From contig CALXVZ010000005.1 in the NCBI GenBank assembly GCA_944392235.1, positions 3,903 to 67,902 of the forward strand: 64,000 bases of DNA. Reading direction: 5' to 3'. Below the pieces are notes generated by a model. That model did no database searches. It had not been told where the DNA came from and saw only the letters and a list, made by a program, of their open reading frames with translations. Positions 1-10,169 of the stretch are shown here, piece by piece; positions within the stretch are counted from its first letter, which is position 1, and every line of letters begins with the position of its first letter. Source of the DNA: an uncultured Alphaproteobacteria bacterium (lineage in GTDB: Bacteria > Pseudomonadota > Alphaproteobacteria > RF32 > CAG-239). The translations under genes were made by a program, and so were the position numbers.

Positions 1-147
1 TTGTCCTTTATTATTAGAGTTTACAATCAAAAAAGTAGAACCGATAGCAATAGCTTCAAGTAGGATAATACCTAAAGTTATACCACCCCATTTGATCAAT
101 GGAAGTTTTTTATGTTTCGCATCAGATTTTACCAATTTGTCAGACAT
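1..147 (-). CDS. 5' part of a membrane-anchored protein, truncated by the window edge (MSDKLVKSDAKHKKLPLIKWGGITLGIILLEAIAIGSTFLIVNSNNKGQ...)
   Basis: Manual translation: ATG at 147 with GGAG RBS upstream, open to position 1, one hydrophobic segment; divergent from tsaD. Confidence 0.7.
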   Translation of the reverse strand, partial: MSDKLVKSDAKHKKLPLIKWGGITLGIILLEAIAIGSTFLIVNSNNKGQ

Positions 148-226
148 TTTATATCTCCACATACAATAGTTGTTTGCATTCTGCAAAATATAGTTTATAA
201 AATAAAAAAATAAACTGCAATATTTA

Positions 227-1315
227 TTGGATAAAGAAATGATAGTTTTAGGTATAGAAAGTAGTTGTGATGAAACTGCTGCGGCTCTGGTAAATGAAAA
301 TAAAGAAATATTAGGAGAAGCAGTATTAACACAAGAGGAGCATAAAGCATTTGGTGGAGTTGTGCCGGAAATAGCGGCACGATCTCATCTAGATCATATA
401 GATGGAATATTAGAGCAATGTTTTGCAAAAACAAATTTATCATTAAAAGATATAGATGCAGTAGCAGCCGCAGCAGGACCTGGGTTGATAGGCGGAGTAG
501 TCGTTGGGGTAATGACAGCCAAAGCGATATCAATAGCATTAAATAAGCCATTTATTGCAGTAAACCACTTAGAAGGTCATGCTCTTGCAGCTCGTGTTAG
601 TAACGATGTTGTTTTTCCATATTTACTATTATTGGTATCTGGCGGTCATTGCCAAATATTAGTAGTCAAAGATGTCGATAAGTATGAACGTTTAGGAACA
701 ACAATAGACGATGCGGTAGGAGAAGCTTTCGATAAAGTAGCAAAAATGTTGGGACTTGGTTATCCGGGAGGCCCCGCTGTAGAAAAATTGGCAGCAAGCG
801 GTGATGAAAATAGATTCACTTTACCCCGCCCCTTAATTGGTAGCCAAGACTGTAATTTATCATTTTCTGGATTAAAGACGGCGGTAAGAAAGATTATAGA
901 GACATACTCTGAAGATGGAGAAATAGAACACGCTGATATTCCTAAGCAAGATATAGCAGATATTTGTGCATGCTTCCAATATACGGCAACAGATTGTTTG
1001 TGTCGCAAATTAAAGAAAGCAATTGCATATTTTAAGGAAAAATATCCTGAAGGTAAGCATTTAGTAGTTTCCGGGGGGGTGGCATCAAACACATATTTAC
1101 GATCAAAATTACAAAAACTTGCAGATGATAATGATATGATTTTTGCAGCTCCTCCGATTCGCTTTTGTACGGATAATGGAGTTATGATTGCATGGGCTGG
1201 ATTAGAGAGATTCCGTAAAGGGTATATAAATGACTTAGACTTTAAGCCAAGACCGCGTTGGCCACTAGATACTGATGCCCCTAAGGCTGCAGGGGCAGGT
1301 GGTGTGAAAGCATAA
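227..1315 (+). CDS. tsaD: tRNA N6-threonylcarbamoyladenosine biosynthesis protein TsaD
   Basis: LGIESSCDETAAA, GGVVPEIAARSH, GPGLIGG, VNHLEGH, VSGGH, GEAFDK, CTDNGVMIAW motifs. Confidence 0.97.
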   Translation: MDKEMIVLGIESSCDETAAALVNENKEILGEAVLTQEEHKAFGGVVPEIAARSHLDHIDGILEQCFAKTNLSLKDIDAVAAAAGPGLIGGVVVGVMTAKAISIALNKPFIAVNHLEGHALAARVSNDVVFPYLLLLVSGGHCQILVVKDVDKYERLGTTIDDAVGEAFDKVAKMLGLGYPGGPAVEKLAASGDENRFTLPRPLIGSQDCNLSFSGLKTAVRKIIETYSEDGEIEHADIPKQDIADICACFQYTATDCLCRKLKKAIAYFKEKYPEGKHLVVSGGVASNTYLRSKLQKLADDNDMIFAAPPIRFCTDNGVMIAWAGLERFRKGYINDLDFKPRPRWPLDTDAPKAAGAGGVKA

Positions 1316-1329
1316 ATAAGGAATAAATA

Positions 1330-1971
1330 ATGCGCAAAAAACAAGAAATACTAGAAATAATGGAAATTTTTAATAAAGAAGATCCAAATCCTAGATGTGA
1401 ATTAAATTACAAAAATGCGTATACCTTATTGGTCGCAGTTATTTTGTCTGCGCAATCAACAGATAAAGGCGTAAACAAAGCCACCGAAAAACTATTTGAA
1501 ATAGCCGATACACCACAAAAAATGGTAGAGTTAGGTGAAAAGGGGCTTATTAACTATATAAAATCAATTGGTCTTTTCAATAATAAAGCTAAAAATATCA
1601 TAGCAATGAGTAAAGACTTATTAGAAAGATACAATGGAGATGTCCCATCAGATAGAGATAATTTAACAACATTAGCCGGTGTTGGTCGTAAAACTGCAAA
1701 TGTTGTCCTAAATGTATGGTATAAAAAACCTGCACTGGCGGTAGATACACATGTTATGAGGATTTCTCATAGATTAGATTTAAGTCAAGGAAAGACACCT
1801 TTAATTATAGAGCAAGATTTATTAAAAGTTTTACCGGAAAAATACATTATTAATGCCAATCATTGGTTAGTCCTGTTTGGGAGATATATTTGCAAAGCTC
1901 AAAAACCTAAGTGCAAAGAATGTCTGATAAATAAATATTGTTATAGTAAAGATAAAAAAGATGATAGTTAG
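1330..1971 (+). CDS. nth: Endonuclease III
   Basis: LLVAVILSAQSTDKGVN, HhH LAGVGRKTANVVL, AVDTHV, C-terminal 4Fe-4S motif CKAQKPKCKECLINKYC. Confidence 0.97.
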   Translation: MRKKQEILEIMEIFNKEDPNPRCELNYKNAYTLLVAVILSAQSTDKGVNKATEKLFEIADTPQKMVELGEKGLINYIKSIGLFNNKAKNIIAMSKDLLERYNGDVPSDRDNLTTLAGVGRKTANVVLNVWYKKPALAVDTHVMRISHRLDLSQGKTPLIIEQDLLKVLPEKYIINANHWLVLFGRYICKAQKPKCKECLINKYCYSKDKKDDS

Positions 1972-2028
1972 AGAGTTGTTAGCTTTAGATTTATAAAATT
2001 AAAAGAAAATACAAAATAGGGGAGCGAG

Positions 2029-3528
2029 ATGACATCAGAAGTGGGAAAAGGTTATTTTATAAAAATATTAGCTAAAGTAATAATATGGATGTTATTAGCC
2101 TATGGAATAGGATTCTCAATATGGACAATATTTTTTACAGAAACAGGTAATGGGGATAATGTAGAGCATATACATGCGACATGGTTGATTGCGAATGGAA
2201 AAGTTCCATATCGAGATTTCTTTCAGCATCATAATCCATTGCAATGGTATATATTTGCTCCTTTTATTAAAATGATAACAAATGCAATTATATTATTAGA
2301 TGTTGCTCATGCTATAGGAATTTTAGTAGGAATACTGACTTTCTTTATGGTATATAAAATTGGTAAAGATTTTTTTGCATCTAAATATGCGGTATTGCTA
2401 AGTATATTGGTTCTTTGTCCTCCATATTTTTATATATTCTGTTTTAACTTTAATCCAGATATTTTTTCAGCATTATTCCTAACAATAGGAATATATTTCT
2501 TATTTTATTTTCATAGAAATCGAAAATTGTCGGATTTAGTGTTGTCATTTTTAAGTTTTTTTATAGCATTTATGTTTACTCAAAAAGTATTAACTGTTTT
2601 AGGGCCTCTAGGAGTAATAAGCCTATATATTTTTTATAAAGAAAAAATTTCATTCACAACAATAGGATATGCTTTATTACTTCCAATGCTAGGGTTGATG
2701 CTGTTTCTAGCATATTTATATTATGAAAATGCATTGTTAATTTATTGGAAATCTAATTATCTGTTTAATATCAGAATGCAGGAATATTATGGATATTCTA
2801 AAGTTGCCGTAACAGAGTATAAAGTATTGTTATTTTCAGGAATTCTTGCCTTTTTAAGTATAATAACCCAATGGAGAAAAGAGGGCATTTTTTATAAAAC
2901 CATAGCAATACTATATATATTAGAAAGTATGCAGAGAACATTTTACTTCTCTATAGCTCCATATTATATGCTGCCTTTAATGATTTTTGCATGTCTAATC
3001 AATAGTGTTTTAATTGAAAAAATATGTAAGAGGTATATATATATAGTTATTATCTTCTTGAGTATAAGCATATGTTATGCTGGCATAAGTCAAAATCGTT
3101 ATTTATTGTTTAGAGGGCAAGATAGAAGTTTTGCTCAATATGTAGCAAATAATATAACTCCTTGTGATTATGTAATTAGTGCATTTTTAGGTAATCAGTC
3201 AATCATAAGTAAAGATCCTCACTATTATTGGTCTCTACTAGGACATGTGGATATTGCAGGAGAAGAATTAGGAATAGCACCTAAGCCAGATATAAATGAT
3301 TTAATAATAAAATATAAGCCTAAACTGATAAATGGGGGAATTTACTGGAATAATTATTATTTAAATAGAGGTAAACAAGTATATGTTCAAGAAGCCTCTC
3401 CTATATTAATAGAAAAATACTATGATCCCACCCCATTTCAGAATGTTTATATGCTAAAACGTAAATATCAAGGTCAAAATTGTCATTATGATTCTCAAAA
3501 AAAGGATTGGGTATATGCAAATCAATAA
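2029..3528 (+). CDS. Polytopic membrane protein, probable GT-C fold glycosyltransferase (ArnT/PMT-like), paralog 1
   Basis: About 10-12 hydrophobic segments; acidic first loop GDNVEHIHATW...G..PYRDFFQHHNPL; C-terminal soluble domain. Confidence 0.6.
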   Translation: MTSEVGKGYFIKILAKVIIWMLLAYGIGFSIWTIFFTETGNGDNVEHIHATWLIANGKVPYRDFFQHHNPLQWYIFAPFIKMITNAIILLDVAHAIGILVGILTFFMVYKIGKDFFASKYAVLLSILVLCPPYFYIFCFNFNPDIFSALFLTIGIYFLFYFHRNRKLSDLVLSFLSFFIAFMFTQKVLTVLGPLGVISLYIFYKEKISFTTIGYALLLPMLGLMLFLAYLYYENALLIYWKSNYLFNIRMQEYYGYSKVAVTEYKVLLFSGILAFLSIITQWRKEGIFYKTIAILYILESMQRTFYFSIAPYYMLPLMIFACLINSVLIEKICKRYIYIVIIFLSISICYAGISQNRYLLFRGQDRSFAQYVANNITPCDYVISAFLGNQSIISKDPHYYWSLLGHVDIAGEELGIAPKPDINDLIIKYKPKLINGGIYWNNYYLNRGKQVYVQEASPILIEKYYDPTPFQNVYMLKRKYQGQNCHYDSQKKDWVYANQ

Positions 3529-4993
3529 ATGGCGAAAAATTTTATTAGGTTTTATATTTATCTCAGCAATAGGATTAATCTGGGTATATAGCTTTATAGT
3601 CAAAGCCAATGGAGACAATGTAGAGCATTTACATTATTCATGGAGAATATGGCAAGGAGACATACCCTATAGAGATTTTTTTCAACATCATAATCCTCTT
3701 TTGTGGTATCTATTGGCTCCATTTGTAAATTTTTTGATTAACAATCATAGTATATTTTCGATATTTAATATGATTAGCTATCTTGCTGTGTTGTTAATGA
3801 TTTATTTCCAATATAAAATAGTTAGTAAAGATACAAAATCAGAAATATCGGCATTAGTAATGGCGGCTATACTCGTGACATCATATTCGGTATTATGGGC
3901 TTTAAGCCTACGTCCGGATACATTTATGTATATGTGTTTAATAATAGGATTATATTATCAGTATACATATGAAGAAGAGCCAAAATTATCTAATTTAACA
4001 ATATCCTTTTTATATTTTTTTGCCTCAATAATGTTTACTCAAAAGGCACTATTAAACTTAGTTATTCCCGGTTTTTGGGTATTATATAATATAGCAATAA
4101 GAAAAATAAAAATAACAGATTTTATGTGGTCTATCTTATTACCAGTAATGTTTTTAGGAACATTTATAGCATATTTATATAGTAATGAAATACTAGATTT
4201 ATATTGGATATCAAATTTTACATTTAATATGTATATTCCAGAGATATTTGAAGAAAATAAAATAACATTTCCGCCAAGTGAATTTTATGAATTTTATATA
4301 TTTATACCATTGGGAACAATTGCTTCTATATATTGTTTATATAAAGGAACAACAATAGAAAAGATTATAAGCTTAATGTTTTTAGAGGAAGGGATACTTC
4401 GAATATTTTACTTTTCAGCATTTTTGCATTACAGTATTTTTTGGTTGATACTTGGAATCATGATAACGATAATATTTTTAAGTAAAATGCCCATACCTCA
4501 ATATATTCTAAAAATATTAATTATATTATATCTCGGCTATTCAGCATATTATAATTATAGATACACATATAAAAAGGGTATGGAAGATATAAATATTATA
4601 AATGGACACGAGTATTGTTTCGATAAATTAACTCCATGCGATTATGCAATAAATGGCTATTATGCATCATATAATTTAAAAGCAAAAGATGCAGGGTATT
4701 ATGGAACATTACTTGGACAAATAGATATTTTGGGAGAAAAACTAAAAATAGCCCCCCGAGATAATTTGAATGAGCTAATAAGAGAAAAGAAACCTAAAAT
4801 AATATCCGTAGGACCATATTGGGACACCTACTGGGAGCAAAGAGGTAAACGCATATCAGCTCATAGCATAGATCCAATATTGGTTGATATATATTACGAA
4901 CCTAGTGGATATGGTGACATATTTATATTGAAACCCCAATATCGAAAACATAATTGCCAATATATAGGGGGTAAATGGGAGTATGTAGATTAA
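3515..4993 (+). CDS. Polytopic membrane protein, probable GT-C fold glycosyltransferase, paralog 2
   Basis: Shares GDNVEHLHYSW...GDIPYRDFFQHHNPL, MFTQK, PCDY.I, LLG..DI.GE.L.IAP..N.LI...KPK.I with the upstream gene; start at ATG 3515 preferred over 3488. Confidence 0.6.
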   Translation: MQINKWRKILLGFIFISAIGLIWVYSFIVKANGDNVEHLHYSWRIWQGDIPYRDFFQHHNPLLWYLLAPFVNFLINNHSIFSIFNMISYLAVLLMIYFQYKIVSKDTKSEISALVMAAILVTSYSVLWALSLRPDTFMYMCLIIGLYYQYTYEEEPKLSNLTISFLYFFASIMFTQKALLNLVIPGFWVLYNIAIRKIKITDFMWSILLPVMFLGTFIAYLYSNEILDLYWISNFTFNMYIPEIFEENKITFPPSEFYEFYIFIPLGTIASIYCLYKGTTIEKIISLMFLEEGILRIFYFSAFLHYSIFWLILGIMITIIFLSKMPIPQYILKILIILYLGYSAYYNYRYTYKKGMEDINIINGHEYCFDKLTPCDYAINGYYASYNLKAKDAGYYGTLLGQIDILGEKLKIAPRDNLNELIREKKPKIISVGPYWDTYWEQRGKRISAHSIDPILVDIYYEPSGYGDIFILKPQYRKHNCQYIGGKWEYVD

Positions 4994-4994
4994 A

Positions 4995-6800
4995 ATGTTT
5001 GATATAAAAAGAGGCTTAGAAGTATTACGACAAAACGTAAAAATAGCACCAGAAGCACCTGGTGTATATAGAATGATAAATGAACAAGACGAAGTTTTAT
5101 ATGTAGGCAAGGCAAAAAACATAAAGAAAAGGATAGTAGCCTATACAAGGATAGAGCAACTAACGATTCGTTTGCAAAGAATGGTATCTGAAGTTGTAAG
5201 GATGGAATTTATAATAGTAGAGAACGAAAATAGAGCATTAGTAGTTGAGAATGAATTAATAAAAAAATTCCATCCCAGATATAATATATTGCTAAAAGAT
5301 GATAAAAGTTATCCTCATTTGATGCTAAACATGCGAGAAGAATATCCAGCTTTACGAAAATATAGGGGGCAACGTAACGATAAAAGCCGATATTTCGGAC
5401 CATATGCAAGTGCAACAGCTGTAAATGAAGTAATGGACACAATACAAAAAGTATTTATGCTGCGGAGTTGTCGAGATAGTATGTTTTACAGCAGAGAAAG
5501 ACCCTGCTTACTTTATCAAATAAAAAGATGTAGCGCCCCATGTGTTGGAAAAATAAGCAAAAAAGAATATGAAGAGTTAGTGAAAGAGGTAATATCATTT
5601 TTAGAGGGAAAAAATACGAATATACAAGAAGAGTTATCCAAAAAAATGCAAGAGGCAAGTGATCAAGAAAATTTCGAAGAAGCAATAATTTTGCGAGAAA
5701 GAATAAGAGCATTAACAGGTATTCAAACTCATGCAAATTTAGAGTATGCTGGTTTACAGTCAGTAGATATCGTTGGAATAGCATACAAAGATGATTGGTA
5801 TTGCATAGAGATTTTCTTTATAAGAGGAGGGCAAAATTGCGGAAATGCTCCATATTTTATAAAGAAGACAGAGGAAGCATCGTCAGCAGAAATATTGGAA
5901 GCATTTTTAAGTGGTTTTTACGCAACTCATGTGCCACCCAAAGAAATATATACATCAGAAAAAATTGAAAATACAGAATTTTTAGAAGATGCTTTAAATG
6001 CAAAGATTTTAACATTTAGCAAAGGCAATAAATACAAGATTATAGAAACAGCAAAGAAAAATGCATTAGCGGCGATAGAACGCCGTCAGGCAGAAAAACA
6101 GAGTATAAAGAATAACTTAATAGAGATGCAAAAGTACTTTGATTTATCCAAACTTCCAGAGAGAATTGAGATATACGATAACTCACATAATCAAGGCAGT
6201 TATGCAATCGGGGCAATGGTAGTTGCAACACCAGATGGGTTTGATAAAAAGTCATATAGAAAATTCAATATAAAAGAAACAAAAATAACCAATGATGATT
6301 TTGCTATGATGAAAGAAGTATTAAGAAGAAGATTTGATAGAATGAGCGATGAGAATAGACCAGATGTGATATTGCTTGATGGTGGATTAGGGCAATTACA
6401 TGCAGTTCATGAAAGTTTAAAGGATTATGATTTAAGTGGAATAAGTATAATAGCAATATCAAAAGGTGTAGATAGAAATGCCGGAAAAGAATTCTATCAC
6501 CAAAAAGATAAAGAAAGCTTTGCTTTACCTTATAGATCAGCAATTGCTTTTTATCTACAAACATTACGAGATGAGGCACATAGATTCGCAATAGGAACAC
6601 ATAGAAAAAAGAGAGCTAAATCAATCATAAAATCAAGCTTGGATGATGTAGAAGGAATAGGTAGCAAACGAAAAAGAGATTTATTAAATCATTTTGGATC
6701 CGTTGAAGCAATAAAAGACGCATCAATTGAAGATATATCAAAAGTCTCAGGAATAAATAAAAAAACGGCTGAAAACATATATAATTACTTCCATAAATAA
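4995..6800 (+). CDS. uvrC: Excinuclease ABC subunit C
   Basis: GIY-YIG (PGVYRM...LYVGKAKN), PRYNILLKDDKSYP, Cys cluster, UVR domain, RIEIYDNSH, LQTLRDEAHRFAI, C-terminal HhH. Confidence 0.98.
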   Translation: MFDIKRGLEVLRQNVKIAPEAPGVYRMINEQDEVLYVGKAKNIKKRIVAYTRIEQLTIRLQRMVSEVVRMEFIIVENENRALVVENELIKKFHPRYNILLKDDKSYPHLMLNMREEYPALRKYRGQRNDKSRYFGPYASATAVNEVMDTIQKVFMLRSCRDSMFYSRERPCLLYQIKRCSAPCVGKISKKEYEELVKEVISFLEGKNTNIQEELSKKMQEASDQENFEEAIILRERIRALTGIQTHANLEYAGLQSVDIVGIAYKDDWYCIEIFFIRGGQNCGNAPYFIKKTEEASSAEILEAFLSGFYATHVPPKEIYTSEKIENTEFLEDALNAKILTFSKGNKYKIIETAKKNALAAIERRQAEKQSIKNNLIEMQKYFDLSKLPERIEIYDNSHNQGSYAIGAMVVATPDGFDKKSYRKFNIKETKITNDDFAMMKEVLRRRFDRMSDENRPDVILLDGGLGQLHAVHESLKDYDLSGISIIAISKGVDRNAGKEFYHQKDKESFALPYRSAIAFYLQTLRDEAHRFAIGTHRKKRAKSIIKSSLDDVEGIGSKRKRDLLNHFGSVEAIKDASIEDISKVSGINKKTAENIYNYFHK

Positions 6801-6858
6801 AAAAAAGTTATAAGATAGAATAAAAATGAACTTTAAACTATAAAGAAAGGAAATCGTC

Positions 6859-7497
6859 GTGTATAGTTTGCCGAATTTATTAACAATTTCAAGAATTGTG
6901 ATTATTCCGCTAATATTTTTATCGGTATATGTAAAATGCAGTTTTTACGGGTATTTTGCAGGGATTTTGTTTATTGCTGCATCTATAACAGATTATTATG
7001 ATGGAAAAATAGCAAGAGATAGAGGGGAAGTATCTGCCTTTGGTCGCTTGCTAGATCCTATAGCAGATAAACTTCTTGTAGCAACAGCATTAGTAGTTAT
7101 TTTGGTAAAACCGGGAATGATACATGATATTAGTTATATTCCTGTATTTATTATTTTATGCAGGGAACTGTTAGTCTCTGGTTTAAGAGAGTTCTTAAGA
7201 GAAGTGAATGTGGGGTTGCCTGTAACACGTTTAGCTAAATGGAAAACAGGATTTCAAATGACCGCATTGGCAATGATATTGTTTAATGGTTGGTGGATAT
7301 GGGGAAATATTGGAGAATGCTTGTTGTGGATAGCAGGTGGTTTAACTTTTGTAACCGGATACCAATATTTTGAAAAAAGCTTAGAATACGTAAGAAACGA
7401 AGAAAATAAAAAAGAAGCTAAACAAAGTGAAAAAGAAATAAAGCCAACAAATAAAACAAAAAATAATGCAAAATCTAAAAAAAATAATAAAAAATAA
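6859..7497 (+). CDS. pgsA: CDP-diacylglycerol--glycerol-3-phosphate 3-phosphatidyltransferase
   Basis: LPNLLTISR, TDYYDGKIAR...FGRLLDPIADK CDP-alcohol motif; follows uvrC. Confidence 0.95.
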   Translation: MYSLPNLLTISRIVIIPLIFLSVYVKCSFYGYFAGILFIAASITDYYDGKIARDRGEVSAFGRLLDPIADKLLVATALVVILVKPGMIHDISYIPVFIILCRELLVSGLREFLREVNVGLPVTRLAKWKTGFQMTALAMILFNGWWIWGNIGECLLWIAGGLTFVTGYQYFEKSLEYVRNEENKKEAKQSEKEIKPTNKTKNNAKSKKNNKK

Positions 7498-7510
7498 AGG
7501 ATAAAAATAA

Positions 7511-8200
7511 ATGCAGGAGATTAGTAAACATATATTAGTCGTTGATGACGATACACGTTTGCGTAGTCTCCTGCAACGCTATTTAAGAGAACAAGGATAT
7601 CTAGTAACGGCTGCAAAAGACGCAAATGAAGCAGAAATGTTTCTAGAGAAATATATATTTGATATTTTGATCGTAGATATAATGATGCCCAAGATAAATG
7701 GGCTTGATTTCTTAAAAGGTCTAAGAGGTAGAGGAAATACAGTTCCAGTTATATTATTAACAGCAATGGGGGAAGCCGCAGATAGAATTAGCGGTCTTGA
7801 AATTGGAGCAGATGATTATATAGCAAAGCCATTCGAACCTAAAGAACTCATATTGAGAATAAATAATATATTAAGAAGAACTTCTCAAGCAAAAGAGATA
7901 GCCGTAAAATTAAATTTCCACGGAATAAGCTATGATATAGATAAAGGCGAATTAAAGGATGAAAATGGAAAGATAGTCCATATTACACCAGTAGAGAGAT
8001 TATTACTTAGTTTATTCGGAAAGAATATTGGAGAAGTGCATACACGAGAAGAATTGGCTGAAATATTGGGAGTTGGAGAGAATTTAAGAACAGTAGATGT
8101 TCAAATAACAAGGTTACGTAAAAAAATAGAAAAGGACACAAAAAATCCCCGCTACTTACAGACAGTAAGAGGAAAGGGGTATATGTTAATTTCAGATTAA
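7511..8200 (+). CDS. OmpR-family response regulator
   Basis: ILVVDDD, DIMMP, GADDYIAKPF receiver; winged helix RTVDVQITRLRKKIE...QTVRGKGY. Confidence 0.93.
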   Translation: MQEISKHILVVDDDTRLRSLLQRYLREQGYLVTAAKDANEAEMFLEKYIFDILIVDIMMPKINGLDFLKGLRGRGNTVPVILLTAMGEAADRISGLEIGADDYIAKPFEPKELILRINNILRRTSQAKEIAVKLNFHGISYDIDKGELKDENGKIVHITPVERLLLSLFGKNIGEVHTREELAEILGVGENLRTVDVQITRLRKKIEKDTKNPRYLQTVRGKGYMLISD

Positions 8201-8210
8201 GGAGAGCACA

Positions 8211-9572
8211 ATGCATGTAAAGTTTCCTGATAAAATAGATAGAGTATTACAATATTTGAAACTAAAGATATTTCCTAATACATTGTTTTTCAGAACAATG
8301 TTACTCATATTTATCCCATTGATAATGGTGCAAGCAGTATCTGTAATAGCATTTTTTAACGGAAACTGGGAAAAAGTAGGTCGAAGATTATCTGATAATC
8401 TATCAAGCAATGTTGCGTTTGCTGTTGAGACAATTTCCAAGAATGAATATATTTTGCCTGAAATTACCGATTTGTATAAGCAGAACTACGGAATAAAATT
8501 AGAATTGATAACAGGAGATGAGCAGCTAAAAGTAAAAGCCAATACACATTATGATAAAGAGTATAAAATTGTAACAGGATTTTTAGAAAAGTCTTTACAT
8601 AAGAAATTTCCAAATTCCATAACAAGTGTATATTTGGCTAACGACAAAGACGATGTTATCATATTAATTGAAGCTCCTGAGGGATTATACCGTTTTACCA
8701 CATCGACTAAGAGCATCTTTAGCACATCAATATTTGGATTTGTTGCATGGATGGTTGGAACATCTCTATTACTATTTTTAGTAGCAACACTGTTCTTAAG
8801 AATACAAGTTCGCTCAATAGCAACATTAGCCCAAGTCGCGGAAGATTTTGGTAAAGGTATAAATACACCGTTTAAGCCATCCGGATCATCAGAAGTTAGA
8901 AAAGCAGGTTTAGCATTTATAAAGATGAAAGAGAGAATACAAAAACAAATTTCAGAAAGAACGCAAATGCTTGCAGGCGTTTCACATGACTTGAGAACCC
9001 CTCTGACAAGAATGAGATTGCAACTAGCAATGTTGCCAGAAAGTCCTGATAATAAAGAGTTCATGGATGATATTGGTGAGATGGAAAAAATGTTGGATGG
9101 TTATTTAGCCTTTGTATCAGGAGAAGGCGGAGAAAAGAATACATTTGTAGATATGAATGAATTAATATTAAGTATTATTAATAAGTTCAGAAATACAAAA
9201 GCAATGATACGCTATTCAACAAACGATCAAGTTAGTGCGATACAAGGACGTGAACAAGCTTTAAAAAGAGCTATTACAAACATTATATCCAATGCTTTTG
9301 CCTACGGAAAGAACATAGCCGTTGGTTTAGAAAGTAATAATAATAAATTAGAGATAACCGTAGATGATGATGGTCCAGGAATTCCTGCAGATAAAAGAGA
9401 AGATGTATTTAAGGCCTTTTATCGACTAGAAGAGTCTCGAAACAAAGAGACAGGAGGTGTAGGACTAGGATTGTCTATCGCAAGAGATATCATAAGCTCA
9501 CATGGCGGAAGAATTGAATTAAGTGATAGTGAATTAGGAGGCTTGAGAGTACTCATTTCTATTCCCTTATAA
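8211..9572 (+). CDS. EnvZ-like sensor histidine kinase
   Basis: Two TM segments, HAMP, H-box GVSHDLRTPLTR, N-box, DDDGPGI, F-box, GGVGLGLSIA. Confidence 0.93.
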   Translation: MHVKFPDKIDRVLQYLKLKIFPNTLFFRTMLLIFIPLIMVQAVSVIAFFNGNWEKVGRRLSDNLSSNVAFAVETISKNEYILPEITDLYKQNYGIKLELITGDEQLKVKANTHYDKEYKIVTGFLEKSLHKKFPNSITSVYLANDKDDVIILIEAPEGLYRFTTSTKSIFSTSIFGFVAWMVGTSLLLFLVATLFLRIQVRSIATLAQVAEDFGKGINTPFKPSGSSEVRKAGLAFIKMKERIQKQISERTQMLAGVSHDLRTPLTRMRLQLAMLPESPDNKEFMDDIGEMEKMLDGYLAFVSGEGGEKNTFVDMNELILSIINKFRNTKAMIRYSTNDQVSAIQGREQALKRAITNIISNAFAYGKNIAVGLESNNNKLEITVDDDGPGIPADKREDVFKAFYRLEESRNKETGGVGLGLSIARDIISSHGGRIELSDSELGGLRVLISIPL

Positions 9573-9621
9573 TTCTCACATACGAAAATATGTGTTCCGT
9601 TGTGGATGATAAAAGCGGAAA

Positions 9622-9651
9622 AAAAGAAGAGACCGAAAGGCCTCTTCTTTT
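9622..9651. terminator. Bidirectional intrinsic terminator-like hairpin
   Basis: aaaagaagag-a-cc-GAAA-gg-c-ctcttctttt between convergent histidine kinase and trxA genes. Confidence 0.7.
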
Positions 9652-9711
9652 GTAAATAGAAAAAGTAATGAAAACAAAGTATTTTAAATTTATGAAGAAT
9701 AAGTATCATGC

Positions 9712-9745
9712 ATAAAAAAAAGCGAGATAATCTCGCCTTTTTTAT
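9712..9745. terminator. Second bidirectional terminator-like hairpin
   Basis: A8-gcgaga-taa-tctcgc-c-T6 just downstream of trxA. Confidence 0.65.
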
Positions 9746-9764
9746 AGAATAAATAGATGTGAAA

Positions 9765-10079
9765 TTACATATGAGAATTCAACCAATCTTCAATAGTAGC
9801 TTGGGAGTTGAAACCAACTTTTGAATCAATTTTTTCACCATCTTTAAATAAGAAAAGAGTAGGAATGCTACGAATTTCAAAACTTGCAGCAGTAGCAGGA
9901 GCTTCATCAACATTCATTTTGCAAATTTTTACTTTATCACCTAATTCTTTTGAAACTTCTTCCAAAACAGGACCTAATTGGCGGCAAGGACCACACCATT
10001 CAGCCCAAAAATCAACCAAAACAAGCCCTTTAGCTTGTAAAACTTCCTGTTCAAATTGGCTATCATTAATAGATATCAT
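9765..10079 (-). CDS. trxA: Thioredoxin
   Basis: VLVDFWAEWCGPC active site, IRSIPTL cis-Pro loop. Confidence 0.97.
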   Translation of the reverse strand: MISINDSQFEQEVLQAKGLVLVDFWAEWCGPCRQLGPVLEEVSKELGDKVKICKMNVDEAPATAASFEIRSIPTLFLFKDGEKIDSKVGFNSQATIEDWLNSHM

Positions 10080-10169
10080 TGTTATCCCTTTCGCAAAAAT
10101 ATTTACTTATATTAATATAATTTATATCACTAAAATATTAAAGATATATCTAATAATAATCATAAAGTT

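Noticed and set aside
7400-7497. Lys/Asn-rich C-terminal tail of PgsA as a separate functional module
   Set aside because: It is a short low-complexity tail typical of AT-biased genomes, with no motif.
9571-9780. 8-bp inverted repeat (aattctca/tgagaatt) flanking the intergenic gap as a MITE
   Set aside because: The repeat is too short for this AT content, one arm lies inside the trxA coding end, and there is no target-site duplication.
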